A DNA stretch of 25,215 bases from a virus (taxonomy: Duplodnaviria; Heunggongvirae; Uroviricota; Caudoviricetes), in IMG/VR virus record IMGVR_UViG_2706794695_000002; one strand, given 5' to 3'. Below are positions 11,707-20,556 of this stretch, piece after piece; position 1 is the stretch's first letter; each line of letters opens with the position of its first letter. The translations under genes and the position numbers were made by a program. The notes under the pieces are model-generated. The model searched no databases, was not told the DNA's origin, and saw nothing but the letters and a program-made list of their open reading frames with translations.

Positions 11707-14260
11707 ACCGGTAGGCGATCTGGTCGTTGATTTGAGTCTGGATGCGGCCAGATTTGACGAGCAGATGGCCAGAGTCAGGCGTCATTTTTCCGGTACGGAA
11801 AGTGATGCGAAAAAAACAGCGGCAGTCGTTGAACAGTCGCTGAGCCGACAGGCGCTGGCTGCACAGAAAGCGGGGATTTCCGTCGGGCAGTATAAAGCCG
11901 CCATGCGTATGCTGCCTGCACAGTTCACCGACGTGGCCACGCAGCTTGCAGGGGGGCAGAATCCCTGGCTGATCCTGCTGCAACAGGGTGGTCAGGTTAA
12001 GGACTCCTTCGGCGGGATGATCCCCATGTTCAGGGGGCTTGCCGGCGCGATCACCCTGCCGATGGTGGGGGCCACCTCGCTGGCGGTGGCGACCGGTGCG
12101 CTGGCGTATGCCTGGTATCAGGGCAACTCAACCCTGTCCGATTTCAACAAAACGCTGGTCCTTTCCGGTAATCAGGCGGGACTGACGGCAGATCGTATGC
12201 TGGTCCTGTCCAGAGCCGGGCAGGCGGCAGGGCTGACGTTTAACCAGACCAGCGAGTCACTCAGCGCACTGGTTAAGGCGGGGGTAAGCGGTGAGGCTCA
12301 GATTGCGTCCATCAGCCAGAGTGTGGCGCGTTTCTCCTATGCATCCGGCGTGGAGGTGGACAAGGTCGCTGAAGCCTTCGGGAAGCTGACCACAGACCCG
12401 ACGTCGGGGCTGACGGCGATGGCACGCCAGTTCCATAACGTGACGGCGGAGCAGATTGCGTATGTTGCTCAGTTGCAGCGTTCCGGCGATGAAGCCGGGG
12501 CATTGCAGGCGGCGAACGAGGCCGCAACGAAAGGGTTTGATGACCAGACCCGCCGCCTGAAAGAGAACATGGGCACGCTGGAGACCTGGGCAGACAGGAC
12601 TGCACGTGCATTCAAATCCATGTGGGATGCGGTGCTGGATATTGGTCGTCCTGATACCGCGCAGGAGATGCTGATTAAGGCAGAGGCTGCGTTTAAGAAA
12701 GCAGACGACATCTGGAATCTGCGCAAGGATGATTATTTCGTTAACGATGAAGCACGGGCGCGTTACTGGGATGATCGTGAAAAAAAACGCCTGGAGCGGG
12801 ATGCAGCCCAAAAGAGGGTAGATCAACAGCGTCAACAGGACAAAAATGCGCAGCAGCAGAGCGATACCGAAGCGTCACGGCTGAAATATACCGAAGAGGC
12901 GCAGAAGGCTTACGAACGGCTGCAGACGCCGCTGGAGAAATATACCGCCCGTCAGGAAGAACTGAACAAGGCACTGAAAGACGGAAAAATCCTGCAGGCA
13001 GATTACAACACGCTGATGGCGGCGGCGAAAAAGGATTATGAAGCGACGCTGAAAAAGCCGAAACAGTCCGGCGTGAAGGTGTATGCGGGCGATCGTCAGG
13101 AAGACAGTGCTCATGCGGCCCTGCTGACGCTTCAGGCAGAACTCCGGACGCTGGAGAAGCATGCCGGAGCGAATGAGAAAATCAGCCAGCAGCGCCGGGA
13201 TTTGTGGAAGGCAGAAAGTCAGTTCGCGGTACTGGAGGAGGCGGCACAACGTCGCCAGCTGTCCGCACAGGAGAAATCCCTGCTGGCGCATAAAGACGAG
13301 ACGCTGGAGTACAAACGCCAGCTGGCTGCACTTGGTGACAAGGTTACGTATCAGGAGCACCTGAATGCGCTGGCGCAGCAGGCGGATAAATTCGCACAGC
13401 AGCAACGGGCAAAACGGGCAGCCATTGATGCGAAAAACCGGGGGCTGACTGACCGGCAGGCAGCGCGGGAAGCCACGGAACAGCGCCTGAAGGAACAGTA
13501 TGGCGATAATCCTCTGGCGCTGAATAACGTCATGTCAGAGCAGAAAAAGACCTGGGCGGCTGAAGACCAGCTTCGCGGGAGCTGGATGGCAGGCCTGAAG
13601 TCCGGCTGGAGTGAGTGGGAAGAGAGCGCCACGGACAGTATGTCACAGGTTAAAAGTGCAGCCACGCAGACCTTTGATGGTATTGCACAGAATATGGCGG
13701 CGATGCTGACCGGCAGTGAACAGAACTGGCGCAGCTTCACCCGCTCCGTGCTGTCCATGATGACAGAAATTCTGCTTAAGCAGGCAATGGTGGGGATTGT
13801 CGGGAGTATCGGCAGCGCCATTGGCGGGGCTGTTGGTGGCGGCGCATCCGCGTCAGGTGGTACAGCCATTCAGGCCGCTGCGGTGAAATTCCATTTTGCA
13901 ACCGGGGGATTTACGGGAACCGGCGGCAAATATGAGCCAGCGGGGATTGTTCACCGTGGTGAATTTGTCTTCACGAAGGAGGCAACCAGCCGGATTGGCG
14001 TGGGGAATCTCTACCGGCTGATGCGCGGCTATGCGGAAGGTGGTTATGTGGGCGGTGCCGGAAGTCCGGCGCAGATGCGGCGGGCTGAAGGCATTAATTT
14101 TAATCAGAACAATCACGTGGTGATTCAGAACGACGGTACGAATGGTCTGCCAGGTCCACAGATGATGAAGGCCGTGTATGACATGGCCCGCAAGGGTGCC
14201 CGTGATGAAATTCAGACACAGATGCGTGATGGTGGCCTGTTCTCCGGAGGTGGACGATGA
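11699..14260 (+). CDS. H: Tail tape measure protein H
   Basis: 853-aa track ORF, the same length as lambda gpH, with the usual Ala/Gln/Lys-rich helical middle and Gly-rich C-terminal part. Confidence 0.97.
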   Translation: MAEPVGDLVVDLSLDAARFDEQMARVRRHFSGTESDAKKTAAVVEQSLSRQALAAQKAGISVGQYKAAMRMLPAQFTDVATQLAGGQNPWLILLQQGGQVKDSFGGMIPMFRGLAGAITLPMVGATSLAVATGALAYAWYQGNSTLSDFNKTLVLSGNQAGLTADRMLVLSRAGQAAGLTFNQTSESLSALVKAGVSGEAQIASISQSVARFSYASGVEVDKVAEAFGKLTTDPTSGLTAMARQFHNVTAEQIAYVAQLQRSGDEAGALQAANEAATKGFDDQTRRLKENMGTLETWADRTARAFKSMWDAVLDIGRPDTAQEMLIKAEAAFKKADDIWNLRKDDYFVNDEARARYWDDREKKRLERDAAQKRVDQQRQQDKNAQQQSDTEASRLKYTEEAQKAYERLQTPLEKYTARQEELNKALKDGKILQADYNTLMAAAKKDYEATLKKPKQSGVKVYAGDRQEDSAHAALLTLQAELRTLEKHAGANEKISQQRRDLWKAESQFAVLEEAAQRRQLSAQEKSLLAHKDETLEYKRQLAALGDKVTYQEHLNALAQQADKFAQQQRAKRAAIDAKNRGLTDRQAAREATEQRLKEQYGDNPLALNNVMSEQKKTWAAEDQLRGSWMAGLKSGWSEWEESATDSMSQVKSAATQTFDGIAQNMAAMLTGSEQNWRSFTRSVLSMMTEILLKQAMVGIVGSIGSAIGGAVGGGASASGGTAIQAAAVKFHFATGGFTGTGGKYEPAGIVHRGEFVFTKEATSRIGVGNLYRLMRGYAEGGYVGGAGSPAQMRRAEGINFNQNNHVVIQNDGTNGLPGPQMMKAVYDMARKGARDEIQTQMRDGGLFSGGGR

Positions 14261-14586
14261 AAACCTTCCGCTGGAAAGTGAAACCCGGTATGGATGTGGC
14301 TTCGGCCCCTTCTGTAAGAAAGGTGCGCTTTGGTGATGGCTATTCCCAGCGAGCGCCTGCCGGGCTGAATGCCAACCTGAAAACGTACAGCGTGACGCTT
14401 TCTGTCCCCCGTGAGGAGGCCATGGTACTGGAGTCGTTTCTGGAAGAGCACGGGGGCTGGAAAGCCTTTCTGTGGACGCCGCCTTATGAGTGGCGGCAGA
14501 TAAAGGTGACCTGCGCAAAATGGTCGTCGCGGGTCAGTATGCTGCGTGTTGAGTTCAGCGCAGAGTTTGAACAGGTGGTGAACTGA
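14257..14586 (+). CDS. M: Tail tip protein M
   Basis: 109-aa track ORF at the position and length of lambda gpM. It overlaps the H stop. Confidence 0.93.
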   Translation: MKTFRWKVKPGMDVASAPSVRKVRFGDGYSQRAPAGLNANLKTYSVTLSVPREEAMVLESFLEEHGGWKAFLWTPPYEWRQIKVTCAKWSSRVSMLRVEFSAEFEQVVN

Positions 14587-15284
14587 TGCAGGATATCCGG
14601 CAGGAAACACTGAATGAATGCACCCGTGCGGAGCAGTCGGCCAGCGTGGTGCTCTGGGAAATCGATCTGACAGAGGTCGGTGGAGAACGTTATTTTTTCT
14701 GTAATGAGCAGAACGAAAAAGGTGAGCCGGTCACCTGGCAGGGGCGACAGTATCAGCCGTATCCCATTCAGGGGAGTGGTTTTGAACTGAATGGCAAAGG
14801 CACCAGTACGCGCCCCACGCTGATGGTTTCTAACCTGTACGGTATGGTCACCGGGATGGCGGAAGATCTACAGAGTCTGGTCGGCGGAACGGTGGTCCGG
14901 CGTAAGGTTTACGCCCGTTTTCTGGATGCGGTGAACTTCGTCAACGGAAACAGTGACGCCGATCCGGAGCAGGAGGTGATCAGCCGCTGGCGCATTGAGC
15001 AGTGCAGCGAACTGAGCGCGGTGAGTGCCTCTTTTGTACTGTCCACGCCGACGGAAACAGATGGCGCTGTTTTTCCGGGACGTATCATGCTGGCCAACAC
15101 CTGCACCTGGACCTATCGCGGCGATGAGTGCGGTTATCACGGTCCGGCGGTCGCGGATGAATATGACCAGCCAACGTCCGACATCACGAAGGATAAATGC
15201 AGCAAATGCCTGAGTGGCTGTAAGTTTCGCAATAACGTCGGCAACTTTGGCGGCTTCCTTTCCATTAACAAACTTTCGCAGTAA
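14586..15284 (+). CDS. L: Tail tip protein L
   Basis: 232-aa track ORF at the position and length of lambda gpL, with a Cys cluster in the C-terminal part (CTWTYRGDECGY ... CSKCLSGC). Confidence 0.93.
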   Translation: MQDIRQETLNECTRAEQSASVVLWEIDLTEVGGERYFFCNEQNEKGEPVTWQGRQYQPYPIQGSGFELNGKGTSTRPTLMVSNLYGMVTGMAEDLQSLVGGTVVRRKVYARFLDAVNFVNGNSDADPEQEVISRWRIEQCSELSAVSASFVLSTPTETDGAVFPGRIMLANTCTWTYRGDECGYHGPAVADEYDQPTSDITKDKCSKCLSGCKFRNNVGNFGGFLSINKLSQ

Positions 15285-15289
15285 ATCCC

Positions 15290-15718
15290 ATGACAGAGAC
15301 AGAATCAGCGATTCTGGCGCACGCCCGGCGATGTGCTCCAGCGGAGTCGTGCGGCTTCGTGGTAAGAACGCCGGAGGGGGAAAGATATTTCCCCTGCGTG
15401 AATATCTCCGGTGAGCCGGAGGCGTATTTCCGTATGTCGCCGGAAGACTGGCTGCAGGCAGAGATGCAGGGTGAGATTGTGGCACTGGTCCACAGCCACC
15501 CCGGTGGTCTGCCCTGGCTGAGTGAGGCCGACCGGCGGCTGCAGGTGCAGAGTGATTTGCCGTGGTGGCTGGTCTGCCGGGGGGCGATTCACAAGTTCCG
15601 CTGTGTGCCACATCTTACCGGGCGGCGCTTTGAGCACGGGGTGACGGACTGTTACACGCTGTTCCGGGATGCTTACCATCTGGCGGGGATTGAGATGCCG
15701 GATTTTCATCGTGAGGAT
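15290..15718 (+). CDS. K: Tail tip assembly protein K (JAB/MPN plus NlpC/P60 type), 3' end lost in the N run
   Basis: MTETESAILAHARRCAPAESCGFVV... contains the JAMM-like EIVALVHSHPGG motif. The reading frame runs into the N run that starts at 15719. The classical lambda K start corresponds to the internal ATG near 15434; the upstream start at 15290 is used because it includes the conserved ESCG segment. Confidence 0.85.
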
Positions 15719-15789
15719 NNNNNNNNNNNNNNNNNNNNNNNNNNNNNNNNNNNNNNNNNNNNNNNNNNNNNNNNNNNNNNNNNNNNNNN
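15719..15789. other. Run of 71 N (assembly gap or masked bases) covering the K 3' end and I 5' end
   Basis: Literal n characters in the sequence. The track ORF 15290..16270 is an artifact of translating through the N run. Confidence 0.99.
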
Positions 15790-16270
15790 TGCCGGGCAGG
15801 ATGTTAGCACGTCCGGATTAACGGCACAGTTACATGAGGCTCTGCCTGACGGCGCTGTGATTCATATTGTTCCCAGAGTCGCCGGGGCCAAGTCAGGTGG
15901 TGTATTCCAGATTGTCCTGGGAGCAGCCGCCATTGCCGGATCATTCTTTACCGCCGGAGCCACCCTTGCAGCATGGGGGGCTGCCATTGGTGCCGGTGGT
16001 ATGACCGGCATTCTGTTTTCTCTCGGTGCCAGTATGGTGCTCGGCGGTGTGGCTCAGATGCTGGCACCGAAAGCCAGAACTCCCCGCACACAGACAACGG
16101 ATAACGGTAAGCAGAACACCTATTTCTCCTCACTGGATAACATGGTTGCCCAGGGCAATGTTATGCCTGTTCTGTATGGTGAAATGCGCGTGGGGTCACG
16201 TGTGGTATCTCAGGAGATCAGCACGGCAGACGAAGGGGACGGTGGTCAGGTTGTGGTGATTGGTCGCTGA
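15790..16270 (+). CDS. I: Tail tip assembly protein I, 5' end lost in the N run
   Basis: The sequence after the gap (AGQDVSTSGLTAQLHEALPDGAVIHIVPRVAGAKSGGVFQIVLGAAAIAG...VVVIGR) matches the C-terminal two-thirds of lambda gpI as recalled. The stop is at 16268-16270. Confidence 0.85.
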
Positions 16271-16330
16271 TGCAAAATGTTTTATGTGAAATCGCCTCCG
16301 GGCGGTTTTATCGTTTATGGAGCATGACGA

Positions 16331-19300
16331 ATGGGTAAAGGCAGCAGTAAGGGGCATACCCCGCGCGAAGCGAAGGACAACCTGAAGTCCACGCAGCTGC
16401 TGAGTGTGATCGATGCCATCAGCGAAGGGCCGGTTGAAGGTCCGGTGGATGGATTAAAAAGCGTGCTGCTGAACAGTACGCCGGTGCTGGACAGTGAGGG
16501 GAATACCAACATCTCCGGCGTCACGGTGGTGTTCCGGGCAGGTGAGCAGGAGCAGTCACCGCCGGAGGGATTTGAATCCTCCGGCTCCGAGACGGTGCTG
16601 GGTACGGAAGTGAAATATGACACGCCGATCACCCGGACCATCACGTCGGCAAACATTGACCGACTGCGTTTTACCTTCGGTGTACAGGCACTGGTGGAAA
16701 CCACCTCAAAGGGAGACAGGAATCCGTCTGAAGTTCGCCTGCTGGTTCAGATACAGCGTAACGGTGGCTGGGTGACGGAAAAAGACATCACCATTAAGGG
16801 CAAAACCACCTCGCAGTATCTGGCCTCGGTGGTGGTGGATAACCTGCCGCCGCGCCCGTTTAATATCCGGATGCGCAGAATGACGCCGGACAGCACCACA
16901 GACCAGCTGCAGAACAAAACGCTCTGGTCGTCATACACCGAAATCATCGATGTGAAACAGTGCTACCCGAACACGGCACTGGTCGGCGTACAGGTGGATT
17001 CGGAGCAGTTCGGCAGCCAGCAGGTGAGCCGTAATTATCATCTTCGCGGGCGCATTCTGCAGGTGCCGTCGAACTATAATCCGCAGACGCGGCAATACAG
17101 CGGTATCTGGGACGGAACGTTAAAACCGGCATACAGCAACAACATGGCCTGGTGTCTGTGGGATATGCTGACCCATCCGCGCTATGGCATGGGGAAACGT
17201 CTTGGTGCGGCAGATGTGGATAAATGGGCGCTGTATGTCATCGGCCAGTACTGTGACCAGTCGGTGCCGGACGGCTTTGGCAGCACGGAGCCGCGCATCA
17301 CCTGTAATGCCTGGCTGACCACACAGCGCAAGGCGTGGGATGTGCTCAGTGATTTCTGCTCGGCGATGCGCTGTATGCCGGTATGGAACGGGCAGACGCT
17401 GACGTTCGTGCAGGACCGACAGTCGGATAAGGTGTGGGCCTATAACCGCAGTAATGTGGTGATGCCGGATGATGGCGCGCCGTTCCGCTACAGTTTCAGC
17501 GCCCTGAAAGACCGCCATAATGCCGTTGAGGTGAACTGGATTGACCCGGATAACGGCTGGGAGACGGCGACAGAGCTTGTGGAGGATACGCAGGCCATTG
17601 TCCGTTACGGTCGTAACGTCACGAAGATGGATGCCTTTGGCTGTACCAGCCGGGGGCAGGCACACCGCGCCGGGCTGTGGCTGATTAAAACGGAACTGCT
17701 GGAGACGCAGACCGTGGATTTCAGCGTGGGTGCTGAAGGGCTTCGTCATGTACCGGGCGATGTCATTGAAATCTGCGATGATGACTATGCCGGTATCCGC
17801 ACCGGCGGGCGCGTGCTGGCGGTGAACAGCCAGACCCGGACGCTGACGCTCGACCGTGAAATCACGCTGCCATCCTCCGGCACCACGCTGATAAGCCTGG
17901 TTGACGGGCAGGGGAATCCGGTCAGCGTGGAGGTCCAGTCCGTCACCGACGGCGTGAAGGTAAAAGTGAGCCGTGTTCCTGACGGTGTTGCTGAATACAG
18001 CGTGTGGGGGCTGAAGCTGCCGACGCTGCACCAGCGATTGTTCCGCTGCGTGAGTATCCGTGAGAACGACGACGGCACGTATGCCATCACCGCCGTGCAG
18101 CATGTGCCGGAAAAAGAAGCCATCGTGGATAACGGGGCGCACTTTGACGGCGACCAGAGCGGCACGGTGAATGGTGTCACGCCGCCAGCGGTGCAGCACC
18201 TGACTGCCGAAGTCACCGCAGACAGCGGGGAATATCAGGTGCTGGCGCGCTGGGACACGCCGAAGGTGGTGAAGGGCGTGAGCTTCCTGCTCCGTCTGAC
18301 CGTAACAGCGGATGACGGCAGTGAGCGGCTGGTCAGCACGGCCCGGACGACGGAAACCACTTACCGCTTCACACAACTGGCGCTGGGGAACTACAGGCTG
18401 ACAGTCCGGGCAGTAAATGCGTGGGGGCAGCAGGGCGATCCGGCGTCGGTATCGTTCCGGATTGCCGCACCGGCAGCGCTGTCGCGGATTGAGCTGACGC
18501 CGGGCTATTTTCAGATAACCGCCACGCCGCATCTTGCGGTTTATGATCCGACGGTACAGTTTGAGTTCTGGTTCTCGGAAAAGCGGATTGCGGATATCAG
18601 GCAGGTTGAAACCACAGCACGCTATCTTGGCACGGCGCTGTACTGGATAGCCGCCAGTATCAATATCAAACCGGGCCATGATTATTACTTTTATATCCGC
18701 AGTGTGAACACCGTTGGCAAATCGGCATTCGTGGAGGCTGTTGGTCAGCCGAGTGATGATGCATCCGGTTATCTGGATTTTTTCAAAGGCGAGATAGGGA
18801 AAACCCATCTGGCTCAGGAGCTGTGGACGCAGATTGATAACGGTCAGCTTGCGCCTGACCTGGCTGAAATCAGGACGTCCATTACGGATGTCAGCAATGA
18901 AATCACGCAGACCGTCAATAAGAAACTGGAAGACCAGAGTGCGGCAATTCAGCAGATACAGAAGGTTCAGGTTGATACAAATAATAACCTGAACAGCATG
19001 TGGGCTGTGAAGCTGCAGCAGATGCAGGACGGACGCCTTTATATCGCGGGTATTGGTGCCGGTATTGAGAACACCCCTGACGGCATGCAGAGTCAGGTGC
19101 TGCTGGCGGCGGACAGGATTGCGATGGTTAATCCTGCGAATGGCAACACAAAACCGATGTTTGTTGGTCAGGGCGATCAGATATTCATGAACGACGTGTT
19201 CCTGAAACGCCTGACGGCCCCCACCATTACCAGCGGTGGAAATCCATCGGCATTTTCCCTGACTCCGGACGGAAAGCTGACCGCTAAAAATGCGGATATC

Positions 19301-19828
19301 AGTGGCAGTGTGAATGCGAACGCCGGGACGCTCAACAATGTCACGGTAAATGAAAACTGTACGATTAAGGGCATGCTGGAGGCGACTCAGGTCAGAGGTG
19401 ACTTCGTTAAAGCTGTATCCAAATCATTTCCGAAACAGGCTGGTACGTGGGGTAACACGGAAACACCAAACGGGACGGTTACAGTCACCATAAGCGATGA
19501 TCATAACTTTGACCGCCAGATTATTATTCCGCCCATTATTTTTAACGGTATAGCGTATGACGATCCGGGGAGCGGAAATAACCCAGGAGGCACGCGATAC
19601 ACGGGTTATGGTTTTGAAGTTCGCAAAAACGGCGTATTAATCGCATCCAGAGAAACTAAAGGGGCCATTCCCGGTAGTTACAGTGCAGTTATTGATATGC
19701 CTAGTGGTGGTGGTAGCGTCACTCTGGAGTTTAAGATTTTCCAGAAAGGCAATCAGGGGGCAGGCAATATCACCGACTGTACGGTGATTGTGACCAAAAA
19801 AGCGGCTTCCGGCATCAGTATTCGTTGA
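16331..19828 (+). CDS. J: Central tail fibre / host-specificity protein J, with a C-terminal receptor-binding region that differs from lambda
   Basis: 1165-aa track ORF. The N-terminal ~1000 aa match lambda gpJ as recalled; the last ~150 aa differ and the protein is about 33 aa longer than lambda J. Confidence 0.95.
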   Translation: MGKGSSKGHTPREAKDNLKSTQLLSVIDAISEGPVEGPVDGLKSVLLNSTPVLDSEGNTNISGVTVVFRAGEQEQSPPEGFESSGSETVLGTEVKYDTPITRTITSANIDRLRFTFGVQALVETTSKGDRNPSEVRLLVQIQRNGGWVTEKDITIKGKTTSQYLASVVVDNLPPRPFNIRMRRMTPDSTTDQLQNKTLWSSYTEIIDVKQCYPNTALVGVQVDSEQFGSQQVSRNYHLRGRILQVPSNYNPQTRQYSGIWDGTLKPAYSNNMAWCLWDMLTHPRYGMGKRLGAADVDKWALYVIGQYCDQSVPDGFGSTEPRITCNAWLTTQRKAWDVLSDFCSAMRCMPVWNGQTLTFVQDRQSDKVWAYNRSNVVMPDDGAPFRYSFSALKDRHNAVEVNWIDPDNGWETATELVEDTQAIVRYGRNVTKMDAFGCTSRGQAHRAGLWLIKTELLETQTVDFSVGAEGLRHVPGDVIEICDDDYAGIRTGGRVLAVNSQTRTLTLDREITLPSSGTTLISLVDGQGNPVSVEVQSVTDGVKVKVSRVPDGVAEYSVWGLKLPTLHQRLFRCVSIRENDDGTYAITAVQHVPEKEAIVDNGAHFDGDQSGTVNGVTPPAVQHLTAEVTADSGEYQVLARWDTPKVVKGVSFLLRLTVTADDGSERLVSTARTTETTYRFTQLALGNYRLTVRAVNAWGQQGDPASVSFRIAAPAALSRIELTPGYFQITATPHLAVYDPTVQFEFWFSEKRIADIRQVETTARYLGTALYWIAASINIKPGHDYYFYIRSVNTVGKSAFVEAVGQPSDDASGYLDFFKGEIGKTHLAQELWTQIDNGQLAPDLAEIRTSITDVSNEITQTVNKKLEDQSAAIQQIQKVQVDTNNNLNSMWAVKLQQMQDGRLYIAGIGAGIENTPDGMQSQVLLAADRIAMVNPANGNTKPMFVGQGDQIFMNDVFLKRLTAPTITSGGNPSAFSLTPDGKLTAKNADISGSVNANAGTLNNVTVNENCTIKGMLEATQVRGDFVKAVSKSFPKQAGTWGNTETPNGTVTVTISDDHNFDRQIIIPPIIFNGIAYDDPGSGNNPGGTRYTGYGFEVRKNGVLIASRETKGAIPGSYSAVIDMPSGGGSVTLEFKIFQKGNQGAGNITDCTVIVTKKAASGISIR

Positions 19829-19850
19829 AATATTTATAACCCCAATAAAT

Positions 19851-19876
19851 GGCGTCAGGAATGACGCCTTTTTTAT
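19851..19876 (+). terminator. Rho-independent terminator downstream of J
   Basis: GGCGTCA-GGAA-TGACGCC is a perfect 7-bp stem with a 4-nt loop, followed by TTTTTTATT. Confidence 0.65.
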
Positions 19877-19898
19877 TGCAGAAAAGCGAGAGGTAATT

Positions 19899-20498
19899 AT
19901 GCGTAAAGTTTGTGCAGCCATTTTGTCCGCAGCCATTTGCCTGGCCGTATCCGGTGCGCCTGCATGGGCGTCTGAACATCAGTCCACGCTGAGCGCGGGG
20001 TATCTTCATGCCCGGACCAACGTTCCCGGCAGTGATGATCTGAACGGGATTAACGTGAAATACCGTTATGAGTTTACGGATACGCTGGGGCTGGTGACGT
20101 CATTCAGCTATGCAGGAGACAAGAATCGCCAGCTGACCCGTTACAGCGATACCCGCTGGCATGAAGATTCCGTTCGTAACCGCTGGTTCAGCGTAATGGC
20201 GGGGCCGTCTGTGCGCGTGAATGAATGGTTCAGCGCGTATGCGATGGCGGGTGTGGCTTACAGCCGTGTGTCGACTTTTTCCGGGGATTATATCCGCGTA
20301 ACTGACAATAAGGGGAAAACGCACGATGTGCTGACCGGAAGTGATGACGGTCGCCACAGCAACACGTCTCTGGCGTGGGGAGCTGGCGTGCAGTTTAACC
20401 CGACCGAATCCGTGGCCATTGATATTGCTTATGAAGGCTCCGGCAGTGGCGACTGGCGCACTGACGGTTTCATCGTGGGTGTCGGTTATAAATTCTGA
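19899..20498 (+). CDS. lom: Outer-membrane beta-barrel protein Lom (Ail/OmpX/PagC family), a moron gene
   Basis: 199-aa track ORF with a signal peptide (MRKVCAAILSAAICLAVSGAPAWA). The conserved barrel segments INVKYRYE and DIAYEGSGSGDWRTDGFIVGVGYKF match lambda Lom as recalled. The RBS is GAGAGG. It sits between two terminators in the lambda lom position. Confidence 0.9.
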   Translation: MRKVCAAILSAAICLAVSGAPAWASEHQSTLSAGYLHARTNVPGSDDLNGINVKYRYEFTDTLGLVTSFSYAGDKNRQLTRYSDTRWHEDSVRNRWFSVMAGPSVRVNEWFSAYAMAGVAYSRVSTFSGDYIRVTDNKGKTHDVLTGSDDGRHSNTSLAWGAGVQFNPTESVAIDIAYEGSGSGDWRTDGFIVGVGYKF

Positions 20499-20524
20499 TT
20501 AGCCAGGTAACACAGTGTTATGAC

Positions 20525-20552
20525 AGCCCGCCGGTTCAGGCGGGCTTTTTTG
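20525..20552 (+). terminator. Rho-independent terminator downstream of lom
   Basis: AGCCCGCC-GGTTCA-GGCGGGCT is a perfect 8-bp GC-rich stem, followed by TTTTTTGT. Confidence 0.7.
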
Positions 20553-20556
20553 TGGG

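Noticed and set aside
17120-18808. 562-aa ORF on the minus strand, antisense to J
   Set aside because: It lies entirely inside the well-supported J coding region. It is Arg/Pro/Gly/His-rich and low-complexity, as expected for a chance antisense frame in GC-rich coding DNA, and has no RBS or synteny support.
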